A DNA stretch of 63,958 nucleotides, filler included, from Reclinomonas americana ATCC 50394 (lineage: Eukaryota), in the NCBI GenBank assembly GCA_048213135.1. It is 7 parts of 3 records of this genome, joined end to end, with 100 filler letters (N's around TTAATTAATTAA, not from the genome) between each part and the next. Parts side by side here need not be neighbours in the genome. Positions count along the whole stretch, not along the records: positions 33,974 to 52,551 come from PS015170.1; positions 52,652 to 57,732 come from PS015170.1; 5 more parts are not named here. The stretch is one strand, 5' to 3'. The position numbers and the translations under genes are program-made. The notes below the pieces were generated by a model. It did not search any database, had not been told where the DNA came from, and worked only from the letters and a program-made list of their open reading frames with translations. Positions 42,879 to 55,774 of this stretch are shown here, in pieces (position 1 is the stretch's first letter; every line of letters begins with the position of its first letter).

Positions 42879-45800
42879 ATGAAAGTCTGTGCTGCGCCCG
42901 ACTGATTCTCACCGTACGCTCTACAGTTGAGTCGCAAAAAGTCCGCCATTGACAAGACGCCGGCACTTCGGTTTGCTACTGAATCCTCGTCTGCTCGCCT
43001 GACGGCCGGCATCCAGCGCCATGCCAGCGCGCGGAGTGCGACGAGTGCAGTCGGCAGGAAATCCGAGTGCGGCGATGCGTCCTCCGCTGGATCGTGAGTG
43101 ATCTGCCACTCACCACCGCTTCATCGTCGCTCAAGTTTATCGATTCACAAATTATCCTCCTCCTCCTCCTCCTTACCTCGTGCAGACCGACTGGCTCGAG
43201 TGTGTCGGGACTGTCGAGCTCCACCTCTGGTTTCAGTGCCACCTCCAGCGCCATGTCAGCGTATCGCGATCTCATTCGCGGCGACAAGGTGCTCTCTCCA
43301 CGCGCGCACCATACAACAATGTTCTTGGTGTTTGCACACTAATTCGTTGTTGACGAACAGGATCCAGTTTCCGTACGCGCAACCTGGGGAGCGATCGTGT
43401 TTACCTTGTTCACGCTGGCCGCTGTCTCCACGTGCTACGTCTTTGTCCTGCAGACCACCGACGACATGACGGTGCTGACTGTGCGGACGGATGCTCTCAT
43501 GGCGGTCCAGTTGCGTGGTTCACCATTGTTTGCCTGACTGTCGGATGCTGTACCGACTCAGAGTTTTTGCTTTTGTGTGCAGAGTCGGTCTCACGGGATC
43601 CCTGTACGCGTCTCGTTCACTGCAGCGCACCGCCGCACTTTCTACTGCTGCTGATAAGGATCAGGCGGTTGCGACACTGCGGCATCAGCTCATAGCCAAT
43701 GCAACAATGGCGGCAAGTGGACTGCGAAGTGTGACCACCGCCTCGATTGACGAGCTGGTGCATTTGTCGGGTTTGGTTGAACTCAAGGTGCTCTCGAGTC
43801 AGCCGACCGGCGGCTCTGTGGTGTACTCGGATNNNNNNNNNNNNNNNNNNNNNNNNNNNNNNNNNNNNNNNNNNNNNNNNNNNNNNNNNNNNNNNNNNNN
43901 NNNNNNNNNNNNNNNNNNNNNNNNNNNNNNNNNNNNNNNNNNNNNNNNNNNNNNNNNNNNNNNNNNNNNNNNNNNNNNNNNNNNNNNNNNNNNNNNNNNN
44001 NNNNNNNNNNNNNNNNNNNNNNNNNNNNNNNNNNNNNNNNNNNNNNNNNNNNNNNNNNNNNNNNNNNNNNNNNNNNNNNNNNNNNNNNNNNNNNNNNNNN
44101 NNNNNNNNNNNNNNNNNNNNNNNNNNNNNNNNNNNNNNNNNNNNNNNNNNNNNNNNNNNNNNNNNNNNNNNNNNNNNNNNNNNNNNNNNNNNNNNNNNNN
44201 NNNNNNNNNNNNNNNNNNNNNNNNNNNNNNNNNNNNNNNNNNNNNNNNNNNNNNNNNNNNNNNNNNNNNNNNNNNNNNNNNNNNNNNNNNNNNNNNNNNN
44301 NNNNNNNNNNNNNNNNNNNNNNNNNNNNNNNNNNNNNNNNNNNNNNNNNNNNNNNNNNNNNNNNNNNNNNNNNNNNNNNNNNNNNNNNNNNNNNNNNNNN
44401 NNNNNNNNNNNNNNNNNNNNNNNNNNNNNNNNNNNNNNNNNNNNNNNNNNNNNNNNNNNNNNNNNNNNNNNNNNNNNNNNNNNNNNNNNNNNNNNNNNNN
44501 NNNNNNNNNNNNNNNNNNNNNNNNNNNNNNNNNNNNNNNNNNNNNNGGGTGCTGCTTCTGCTGTCGTTGTTGTCCTTCTCCATTTCCCCGTTCACCTCCT
44601 TCGTCTACGACATCTTCTTCTTTCTCCCATTCGTCTCTTTCCCATTTCCTTCTTCCACCCTTTCCCACTCCAACGGTGAGAGCACGAGGCTCCTGTTTCT
44701 GTTGTTGTCGTTGTCCTTCTCCCTTTTCTGCCTACGTCTTCTACATCTTTCTTCTTTCTCCCATTCCCATTTCCTTCTCCTCCCCCCTTCCCATTTCCTT
44801 CTCCTCCCTGCAGTCATATTCGCACAAGTCGACGGACCTGCTGCTGGCGGCTGGCATGGCTGCTCCTGATTACTTTTTCATGGCGGCCAACACGGCCAAG
44901 GTCATTGCACCGGCGCTGCGCGACGCGACAAGTCACCACGTGGTGGATTCAAAGGACGCTGTCACCGCGGGTCAGCGACTGTTGTGGATCCAGTGTGGGG
45001 CCGCCGTGGGGTGCGTTGTGCTTCGTTTCTTCAGCGAGTTGCCGACGTACTAACAATCCTCTCGTCTCTTGCAGAGCCCTGCTGCTGTTCTTCCTGGCAG
45101 TTTTTGTGCCCAGCATTCGCATGTTGTTTAGGAAAACGCGTACTGGCGTGGAGGCCTTGCTCACATTGCCGAAGAAGAATGTGCGGAGTATGGCGCAGGA
45201 TACGCGAGCCAAGCTGATTGATTACATGCAACACCACAGCGATGGCGCGATGGTACGTGTTGCACGTTGCACAATCGACTGTTCCTACCTCACGCCTCAT
45301 TCATGCAGCCTTCGACACTCGCCACTCGACAACGGTACTCGCCTGCCGCGTGCTCTCGGCTGGACTGGCAGTTCCTGTCATCTGTGTCCTTTCGCATGTT
45401 TGTCACGGTCTCGGTGGCTGCGATTGTCATGATTTTGTTGTGGTACGTCGATAGCAGGGCGGCAACCACACGACAGCGCAGTGTGTGCTTATCGCCAGCT
45501 TGTCGCAGTGTGACGGCATTTATTGCGATTCGCGAGTCCGGCAACTACGTGACGATCATGAGAGCGGCACGAGATCGGCAGGTGGCCATGAGCATGGCTG
45601 TGCAAGCAGCGGGTGACTTGCTGGACGGAACTGCACTGCAGGCGACTCCGGCCGAAGTCGCCCAACTCATCGAGTCGTCGGCTGCACTGGTGTGTGTCTC
45701 TCTGTGTGCAGCAGACTCCTTCTTCTCTTGCGCTGAACCATTATCTGTGCGCAGCTCGTCAGTGCACACCAGCAAGCCGCACGGAATTTGGTGGGCACGC

Positions 45801-48800
45801 GATGGAGTGCCGACGCGGACCTTCAACAGTCCCGCATGCTCTTTGAAGACCGCTGTCCGGTGTCCAATGCCGACCAGACTCTCTCGCTAGTGCACTGCTG
45901 GTCAATTAGCACCGTGGTATGTCGACCTCACCGCCTGTCTCTGGTGAAATCAGTCGCTGACGCGTGCGTGTAGATTTCACGCAGTGCGGAGCAGGCCGTT
46001 CGGCTGTCGACACTGGCCTACCAGACGCCCTCGGCTGCAGACTTGAGTTCGCTGGCATTCCTGCGTGCCGCCATGTCGGAGACAGAGTCGTACTTTGATG
46101 CCAGCGCACAGCTGCTGGCGTCGACATATGTTGCCTACCGCGACAAGCTTCTTGTGGCCACTCAGGTATGCTGATAGTGTTGCAAACGCCCGTTCACCAT
46201 CTCGTCGCAGAGCTGTTCACCACGTTGTGTATGGGGCAAAGGTTCTGTTCGGCTTTGCCATTTGTGCCGTGTGCCTGCTGTCGTGGCTGTGGGTGTGGCC
46301 GCTGTTGCGCGTGTGTGATGAAGAGGTGAGTGGCAAAGGGTGTTTTTTTTCTTCTTGACATGCACCTCCTCACAAAACATCACCGCCGTGTTGCAGTCGT
46401 CCTTCCTCAAGTCGCTCATCTTGTTCATGCCGATGGACCTGCTGACGTCGGACGAAACGCTCCAGCAGTACCTCTTGTCGGGTCAGATGATTGACTCGAT
46501 GGACGTTCAGCGTGCGGCGAAGGAGTCGCAGGAGAAGATCAAGACCGTGTTGCAGTCGTCGGGTTTGTCGAGTGTTTCGTCTTGTCGCGGGGAATGTCAC
46601 CGTAGCTCACGTTCCTCTGTACCGAATGCAGACAAGGCCATTGCGATCACCACCGACCAGTTGCGTTATTCAGCTGTGGTGCACTCATTGCGATTCTTAC
46701 ATCTAACGTGGATGGAGCGACGTGCGCAGTGGCATCATCGAGTCTGTGAATCGCAGCTTTACCAGAGTACTCGGTTACTCACAAGAGGAGGCCCTGGTGC
46801 GTGATTGCTGTCGTGCCGTACGATCTTCAAGGTAGTTGTTACTCACCTGCTGCTGGCACAAACAGGGAGCCAACATCAAGATGGTTTGTGAAAAGCATCG
46901 CTGCCGCCGTCTGTGCTGAGCGTACACTCATGAGCGTGCATGCACAGGTGGTTCCACCAGAGATTCGCGATCGCCACGATCAGCTCATTCAGGTATGCAG
47001 AGCCATCGTTATATCACGCACACGCCCGTACTCAGGAATGAAATGCATGCAGGACTATCTCGAGCGCGGTACGAGTCGCCTGGTTGGTCGCTCTCTCGAG
47101 GCCCTCGCCTGCCATCGAGACGGCTCTCATGTCCCCGGTAATTCTGGCTTTTTGCGCGCATGCTGGTCATGTGCTGCCACTGGTCTCACGTGTGTGTGCA
47201 CTGCGCAGTCATTGTCACTGTCACCGAGGGACGCATCCGAGGCAAGCGATTCTTCGCCGCCACCATGCACGACCGGACGGCGGAGTGTGAGGAGGTTGCT
47301 CGGCGTGAGAGCGTAACCAAAAGAGTGCGTCTTCCCGTTTCCATTCGTGTTGTCTCCCCAAGCTCTCTCTCATTCGGTCCACAGAACGAGACTGTGCTGT
47401 GGGGCATCAAGGTTTTAAAGGAGATCACTGTGCGCCAGTCTTACCTACCCTGATGCTGACACCGTCTCCGCCACCTCTTGCAGGACGGTTGGGTTATCAC
47501 TGACGAGTTCGGCATCATCGAACAAGTGCACCCCAACGTGCTGGCGACTTTTGGTTACTCTCCATGTGATGTTGCGTGTCTTATGTGTCTATTTACACTT
47601 GGGCACTTGCGTGCTCGCCATCTCACCGTTCATCCTGCAGCCGGTCGTCGGCCAGAATGTCAAAGTGCTGGTGCCTGAACCACACGCATCGCTACACGAC
47701 GAGGTGATTGAGAATGAGTGGCACGCACTGATACGTGGCCACAGCGAACTGACACACTGTACTTCCTCTCCCCATCATGCGTGCAGTACATTCGACAGTG
47801 CGTCCGATCAAGAGAGATTGCACCTGAAGAGAAACTGCGTCACTCATGACAACGCTGTGCCACAGGTACAAGGAAAATGGTCGGGGAAAGGCGTTGGCCT
47901 CCAAGTTGCGCTCGTGTTGGACCCATGTGCAATGGAGTTGCCGACATCTCACTCTTGTCATGCAGGGGTCGCGAGGTGTTTGCGCTGCACAAGTCTGGCC
48001 GCACATTCCACGTGTTTGTGTACCTTGTCGACATTGTTATCGGCAACAAACGGTGGTTTGTGGGGTTTGCCCGAAGTTTCGTTGCCACGCATGACTGTTT
48101 GTTTTTGTTCTCGGTGGTTCCGGCGAGTTAACCCTCCGCCTGACAGACACGGTGGCGGAGAACGAGCAGCGTGAAAAGATGGAGACACAGAATGACGAAC
48201 TGCGCGGCATCCTGGCCACAGCACCCGATGCTGTCCTGGTATGCGATCGGCATGGACTGGTGAAGCACGGTAACCCAGCTGTCACTCGTCTGCTTGGCTA
48301 CTCGGTGGAGGAATTGGTCAATGCCGAGGACGGTGGTGGTGCGTGATTGCGCCACTTGTGAGGCCCTCACCTCCTTCACCCACTCACCCCGTCGGTGCGC
48401 AGCTGATGTCACTCTGCAAGCCATACTCCGCGGGGCTGTCGGCGGCAACTCACACAGTCCGTCGTTGGCCGACATTGCGTCCAGTCTGTCGGGCGAAGCC
48501 GACAATCTTGTGTTGCAGACCAAGAGTGGTGCCAAGTTCTGTCACTCCCCTCCTCTGTCACTGTGCTTCTGTCAGTCTCTTACTTTCATCACCCAACAGA
48601 GTCACTGCGTCGGTTCACTTGCGGGAGGTGGTGTTGCAGGGTGTCGCGCACTGGATATGTCGTATTGGCGAACCGTCGCCACTGGACGCCCAGCTCCAGG
48701 AGTGCTCAATGACCGCGGGCGTGCTGCGCAAGGTGAGCTCCGTTGATTGCAGCTCGTTCATATGCATCTGCGGACACCAAATCTCTCTTCGTTCCCAGAT

Positions 48801-49720
48801 GCTAAATGTCAGCTTCCCGAAACCGGTTTTGGCGAAGGTGACGGAAATCATGGCGCACCCCGATCGACTCACCGACTCGCTCGTCGACTTCCATCCCGAT
48901 CTCTCGTGGTACGCTGTTTGCACGCTGTGCATTGAGTGTGTTGTCACTGTTGCTCATCTCCGACTGCGCAGTCTGTTTATCAAGTTTTGCGGCCTGGCAA
49001 AAGTCACTGGCGATGGTACGTGGTGGTGTGTGTATGTTTGTGGTGTCGTCACTCGTGAAACTCATCATCGCCTTTCACAACAAGCAGATCAAGGACCACT
49101 GGTCGGTCACCACCAGATCCACGTTCTGGGCGACCTGTTCGCTCTCATGGACACGCTGTGCAAGAAGACGCACCTGGAGCGCATCAAGACCATTGGTGCG
49201 TTGATTTTCGAAAACATCAGCAGCCACGCTCGCCGCTGCGCTCCTTTCTTTGACAGCGATCGCGACACAGGAACCGCATACATGCTGGTGGCTGGCATGT
49301 ACCGACCGCGACCGGATCATGCAGCCGCGGCCATCGATTTTGCTCTGTCGGCCATTGACACTGTCAAGGCGTACGCGCAGCGCAGAGGGCTGTCGGTGAC
49401 CATCAAATGCGGAGTCAACAGTGGCCCTGCAACAGCCGGCATTGTCGGCATCTTGACGCGATCCTTTGACATTTACGGTGGTGCGTGCACGTGGCAGTGT
49501 GCTGCAGCTGCCTCCTCTTTTCTTTGTTGTCTCACGAACGCTTGGTGCAGACACCATCAATACCGCGTCTCGCATGTCTGCGTCCGCCCCCTACGATTCA
49601 TGCCAAGTGTCAGAAGACACACACCAGCGAACGCGAGGCATGTACGTGGTGGAGACGAGTCAGACCGAGGCCAAGGGCATCGGCCTCATGACAACGTATC
49701 TCCCAAGAAAAAGAAAATAA
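42006..49720 (+). CDS. Large multi-TM sensor (TmcB/TmcC-like architecture) with three PAS domains and a C-terminal class III cyclase domain; gapped, may be more than one gene
   Basis: Hydrophobic TM exons. PAS motifs: GIIESVN..LGYSQEEALGANIKMVVP; GIIEQV..FGYS..GQNVKVLVPEPHASLHDEYI; PDAVLVCDRHGLV..LLGYSVEELV. Cyclase motifs: RIKTIGTAYM, KCGVNSGP..AGIVG, FDIYGDTINTASRM and KGIG. Confidence 0.78.
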
Positions 49721-49783
49721 TAAATCGCCAATGATGATGTGTCCTCCCTCCCTCCCTCCCACCCTAACAACAACGCCAGCTAG

Positions 49784-50232
49784 ATGGAGAGCGACGCCGA
49801 GTTCCTTGCACGCATTGGCCTGCGCTCTGCCCCTGCTGTGAGTTCGTGTGCGCGTGTGTGTGCTCACAGTCGTGCACACCCGCGTTGACAGTGCGTGAGC
49901 AGCAGCAGCAGGCTTCCGCTCCACCTCCAGCGCCCGCCGGTCGTCCCGCACCTCCTTCGCTTCACTCATCGGCACCGGTGCGCACCGTATACGAGGGAGT
50001 CGGGCAAGCACCGCGGCTCACACGCGATCAAGTGGATCCTCGCAAGTTTGTGCAAGATGATCCGGTGCGAGAGTTGCAAGTCACTGGCGACGGTCGTTTC
50101 TCCGCCGACAGCGTTCACGCTGCTGCGCAGTGTGCGTCGCCACCATCACCACCACCTGCACTAAGCTTCTGCTCTCTNNNNNNNNNNNNNNNNNNNNCGA
50201 GAAAAATATGTGCAGTCATCAGCTGGAATTGA
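49784..50232 (+). CDS. Small Pro/Gln-rich hypothetical protein
   Basis: MESDAEFLARIGLRSAPA, then a GTGAGT intron, then QQQASAPPP...DPRKFVQDDPVREL. It runs into a short gap. Confidence 0.35.
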
Positions 50233-50239
50233 AAAAGCA

Positions 50240-52540
50240 TCACGGCGTTGGTGGTCTGCGCATGGCGTCGCAGAGGAGAAAGTCAGCACAGAGCGCAACG
50301 TGAACGTTTTTTTCTCGGTTGAACTTACGCACCGACCAAATTCCGCGCTGTCGGCATACTCGCCTCGCGCTTCGCCTTCGTCGTCGTCCAGATCTGCACG
50401 GCAGCATGTGAAAAAAAAAACAAGAGACGCTAATATGGAAATGCCGAGCACTACAAACCTCTGTAAGCGTAGTCGGCGAGTGTGTCGTGTCGTGCTGCTG
50501 CGGTCATTGTTCCCGTCATCACTTGTCTCGAGGCAAAGTCCGCTGAACGACGGATGGTGACCTCGGCTTGTGGCAACGTCTGCGTAAACGCCAGTCGCGA
50601 CGACTGCGTGTGGGACATAGTGGAACCACTGGGACCGCCACCAGACTCGGCCACTGCCGGGGAGCGCTCGTGTGAGTGATGATGTGATGATGCCTATCTC
50701 ACATGACGCAGGCAGATATCAGTGACGCACTCCACACAGCCGGCTGATAGTCGACAGTGTTGGGCCGGGTGATGTGAGACGATGAGCCCGACGACAGCTG
50801 CGACACGTTGCCGCTGGCCAGCGGCAGCAGCGCTTTGACGGTGCGACCAAGCGCGCCCATATTGTCCTCGTTGAGAGTGATGCGCTGCTCCAGGATCGAG
50901 ACCGTCTGTGTCAGTACGTCCAGCTGTCGAATAATGTGCTCCAAATTCACTGCATTGCGCCGTCGTGAGACCAGACGAACAGCGAGGCACGGCGAGGAGA
51001 AGGGAGTATGCGTACCGGCAAGTGATTCGGGCAGCACGCTCAAATCCAGTGGCGGCGACCGGTACACGCGCCTGTCGCCACCATCGCGGTCGGCGGCCAA
51101 TCTGCCCTGCGACTCCGCAGCGGCACTGCCACCAGCAGCACCGGCGGCGGTGTGTGGTCGTGAGGGCGTGGATGAGCTGGTACGCATAAACAACACAAAA
51201 AGCGCGACAGGTGAGTAGGAGCAGAGAGCGACAGAGTGGATTACTTGGTTGTGGCACCTTTCGCCGGCGTGGGGTGCAGGTGAGCTTCGAGGCCGTTTCG
51301 GTGTGCTTCCGCTTGCGCGTCCCGCGGCGCTCCCAGGTCGGACTGCCGTGGCAAGGATACATATATAAAGTCAGCACGAGGCCAAACTAACAAACCGGCC
51401 ACTCACAACGCAGACGTACGGTTCGAGTCGGTGGTTCGCGGTGGCGCCGGGGTCGACAGAGCAGCGGCTGTTGCCGCGGCAGCCGAGAGTGCGGTGGCGG
51501 AGACTGTCGCCGAAGGCGCACCGCTGGCCGAGGCCAGTGAAAACACTGCGGCGCGCGATGTCAGCATGAGTCATACATACACCAATGCACCACCGCAGCC
51601 ACACGTCACCTTGTGATCGATCTTCCAACAACGCGTCAAAGTTTGTCTTCCACACAAGCACCTGGCTGTCGGCACCTCCCGTGGCGAAAAAGTCACCGGC
51701 CGGAGAGAACGCACACGCGTTCACTGGACCCTCGTGGGCCTGGATGGTATAGTACAACACGCCCTCGCGCAAATCCCAGATCTGTGCTTGCCCGGCACTC
51801 CGCGTATGAGCGTTGATCAAGAGGAAACGAAAAACAACAAGAAACAAAAAGGGACCTTGATGGTGGAGTCGCTGGAGACGGAGAGCATAAAGTTGCCGGT
51901 CGGGTGCACGGCAAGGTCGTTGATCACATCGGTGTGTGCGTCGTAGTGCTGCAGCAGCTTGTTGGTGCGAATATCCCAAATGTTAATGGTCCGATCGGCA
52001 CCGGCGGCCGCAATGCACGTGCCGTCCGGCAAAAACGTGGCCTTGTGTAGCGTTCTGTCTCGAAGGGAAAGCAATGAGCTGACCATGCACGTTGACCACA
52101 AAGAGAGGGAGGGAGAAAGACAGCCAGACCCAGTGTGCTCGAAGAAGGTGTGGACACACTCGCCACTCGTCTCATCCCACAGGCGCACAGTCTTGTCGTC
52201 TCCGCCCGACACGATGAGGCGGCAGTCGGGACTGAACTCGGCACTCCGCACCCAGTTCATGTGGCCCGTCAACGACACACTGAACTTGTGCCGCGGCACA
52301 CTCCACACCTACCAACGCCGCAGGAGATATGAGTCGACGGAGAGCGGGCGGACTGGAGGCGGAGTGCACACAACCTTGATGCTCTTGTCATCCGACGCCG
52401 TCAACAGCTTCTTGCCGTCGGCCGCGAAGCGCACACACCGAATCGGTGCAGTGTGAGCGCGCAGAATGGTCGACTCGCCCTTGCTGCACGTGGTGCGAGA
52501 CAACTTTTTCAACACGAAAGACACACACACGCACACACAC
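50240..52540 (-). CDS. POC1: Centriolar WD40 protein POC1; 5' truncated
   Basis: WD40 repeats [43 protein letters not shown] and IWDLREG. The POC1 coiled coil is [27 protein letters not shown]. Further exons lead to TGA at 50240-50242. Confidence 0.9.
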
Positions 52541-52651
52541 CTATGCACACANNNNNNNNNNNNNNNNNNNNNNNNNNNNNNNNNNNNNNNNNNNNTTAAT
52601 TAATTAANNNNNNNNNNNNNNNNNNNNNNNNNNNNNNNNNNNNNNNNNNNN

Positions 52652-55600
52652 GTCGGAATTCGGCGTCCCTCCGGCAGCGTCGGCGCATTGGACTCGGAGA
52701 GACCGAGTGACAGCATGTTGGTCGACAGCACAGTCATGTTGTCAGTGTAAAAGTTGACGTTCGGAATGCGGTAACCGGGGACATTGAACGGCGTCTGCTC
52801 GCCGAAGCTCGCACTGGTGTACGCCTTGAGGAGGAAATCATTTGAGTGAATTTCCACTGTTGCCACGCGGAGCGGTTCCGTGGCCACCACAGCTGCGGTC
52901 GACGGGTTGCCGATGCGGAAGCGGGTGGTGGTCAGGAAATCGACATTGTCGGTGTACCAGTAGACGTTGGGGATGCGGTTGTTGGCACCAAGAGCGTTGA
53001 CACCGAATGTGACGCTCGTGTAGGCTTCCACCAGAAGCTGATTGAGGTGGAACTCGACAAGCGGAATGCGCAGCGGCTCCACTGCCGACACTGGGTTCGG
53101 ATCGCGAACGCCGAATCGCAGTCGGTTCGTCGAAAACAGATCAAACTGGTCCGTGTACCAGCTCACGAGCGGTATGCGGTTGCCGTTGTTGGCGCCACCC
53201 GTGTTAAGAGCGTTGACGCCGAACGTGGCCGACGTGTAAGCCTGCGCAAGGAGGGAAGGGTAATGAGAGAGACACGAAGCCAACGACAGGTTAAGAGCGA
53301 GGGAGACGACACTTAAATACACACCGTCACCAAGAAATCGTTGCTGTAGATGGAAACGGTCGGCACCCGGTTCGGCTCGTTGGGTGGTGCGGTGAGCACA
53401 GCATTGGAGAAGCGACCGATTTGCACCGTGTCCGTGGCCAACAGCAGCCAGCGGTCCGTGTACGACTTGACGTCGGGGATGCGGTTGCCCGCACCCAGAG
53501 CATCGACGCCATATGTAACGCTGGTGTACGCCTCTAGCAGCAGATCGTTGACGTGTACTTGCATGGTCGGCACACGATTCGGCTCCACACCCGACGCGGG
53601 AATGACCGAATTGTCAGGGCGTCCAATGTACAACGTCTGAGACGCCAGCAAAAGGTAGTTGTCGGTGAACCACTGCACAGTCTTGATCCGATTGCTGTCG
53701 GTCTTGAGTGGAAGCCCGCTATTGATGTTGAGGTCGTCGACGCCGAAGCGGGCTGTGGTAAACACCTCCATGACAAAGTCGTTGGCATACATCGACAGTG
53801 ACCGGATGCGGTTCGGCTCAACGCCAGACACGGCAATCGCGCTCTTGTCCTGCCGACCCAATGTCATGGTTTGCGTGGCATACACGCTAAAGTTGTCGGT
53901 GAACCAGTTGACCGTCGGAATTCGATTGCCGTCAGTCGGATTGCCGGCGTTCTTGTTCAAACCATCGACGCCAAAGTTGGCGCTGGTGAACACCTCGACC
54001 AGCAGAGTGTTGGTGTGCAGTTGCGTCGCACCAATACGCAGCGGCTCAATGGCCGGAGTCGGAATGTCGACGTTAGACGGCTGACCCAGCTGCAGCGTCT
54101 GAGTGGCAAGCAGCTGGAAGTTGTCCGTGTACCAGTTGACATTAGGGAATGCGGTTGCTGTCGGTGGTGCCAATGATCCCGCTGTTCGTGTTGAGGGCGT
54201 TGTATCCAAAGTTGGCCGTCGAGAACACGTCCATCTGCAGCGTCGTCGTGTGCACCTCCGTCAGCGTGATGCGGTCGGGATCCACGCCACTGCCTGGTAC
54301 CGCTCCGGTGGCACGGCGGCCAAGCTGCACCTTCTGCGTCGCCAGCAGCAGGAAATTGTCCGTGTACCAGTTGACGTTTGGAATGCGGTTGCCGTCCACC
54401 NNNNNNNNNNNNNNNNNNNNNNNNNNNNNNNNNNNNNNNNNNNNNNNNNNNNNNNNNNNNNNNNNNNNNNNNNNNNNNNNNNNNNNNNNNNNNNNNNNNN
54501 NNNNNNNNNGTGTTGCCACCGTTGATGTTCAGCGCGTCCACGCCAAACGAGGCCGATGTAAAGGCTTCCAACAGGAACGTGTTGGCATGCATCTGCAGGA
54601 AGTTGATACGCAGAGGCTCCGGCGTCTGCAGCGGCGCATTTGATGGCAAACCAAACGACGCAGTTCCAGACGCCAGCAGCGTAAAGTCTGCAGCGTTGAT
54701 GGTCACAGACGGAACACGGCCAACGCCCGTGCCAGTCTGACCGATGGTGAGCGTGGCGTACGACAAAATGGTGATGTTGTCGGCGTGAATCTGGAAATCG
54801 TAGATGCGCAGCGGCTCAAAAGTGTTGGCGGGAATGGCCGCAACCGACGGCTGTCCGAGATACAGCTTCTGCGAGGCATACACGTAGAAGTTGTCCGTGT
54901 ACCACGTGGTGGTCGGGATGCGACTGCCGTCAGCGGGGCCGCCTGCGTTGGTGTTCAGAGGTGCGAATCCAAAAGTGGCGCTGGTGTAGGCCTGCATCTG
55001 GAAAGCGTCCGCGTTGATTTCGACAGTGGGCACACGGTTGTCGGCAGGCGCAGCCACCGACGACTGACGACCGATTCGCACTCGACTACTGGCCAGCAAC
55101 AAGAAATCATCCGTGTACCAGCTCACGTTCTGCACAAAACGTGAGTCAGGGCACGAACACACACGCAAACACACGTGCGCGGTGGCAACGCAACAGGAAT
55201 TCGATATCCGGCACCAAGAGTATCGAAACCAAAAGTGGCGGAAGCGTAGGCTCTCACAGAGAGCGTATCCACATGCACCTGCATGTCCGGAACACGGCTC
55301 TCTTCAAGCCCCGGAGCGAGCGTGGCAGTTGTCTTCAATCGACCAATGTAGAAAGTCTTGCTCGCCAGAATCTGGTAGTCGTCAGCGTACCACGCGACCG
55401 TTGGAATGCGGTTGCCGGCACCGATGGCGTCAACACCAAAGGTGGCTGAGGTGAATGCCTGTGTGTGCAGATCACGGTGAGCGGTGGGAATTCCTCTCTA
55501 TGACACACACACACTCTCTCTCAAACTGCGCCACACAAATCACTAACCTCTACCAACAGCGTATTCACGTGTACTTGCATGGTTGGGATGCGCAGTGGCT

Positions 55601-55754
55601 CAGGTGACACAATGGCAGCATTCGACGGCATACCAAGGAACAGCGAATTCGACGCCAGAATCAAAAAGTCGTCACTGTACCAGCTGACATTCTTGATGCG
55701 GTTGCTGTTACCCAAGGCACTGATACCAAAGTCCGCGCTCGTATACGCGTGCAT
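52652..55754 (-). CDS. Giant novel tandem-repeat protein (~70-aa NRIPxVxWYTD...EPLRI...AYTSAxFG units); fragment
   Basis: About 12 or more repeat units across spliced exons. There is a +1 frameshift at about 54145, and both ends are open. Confidence 0.75.
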
Positions 55755-55774
55755 NNNNNNNNNNNNNNNNNNNN

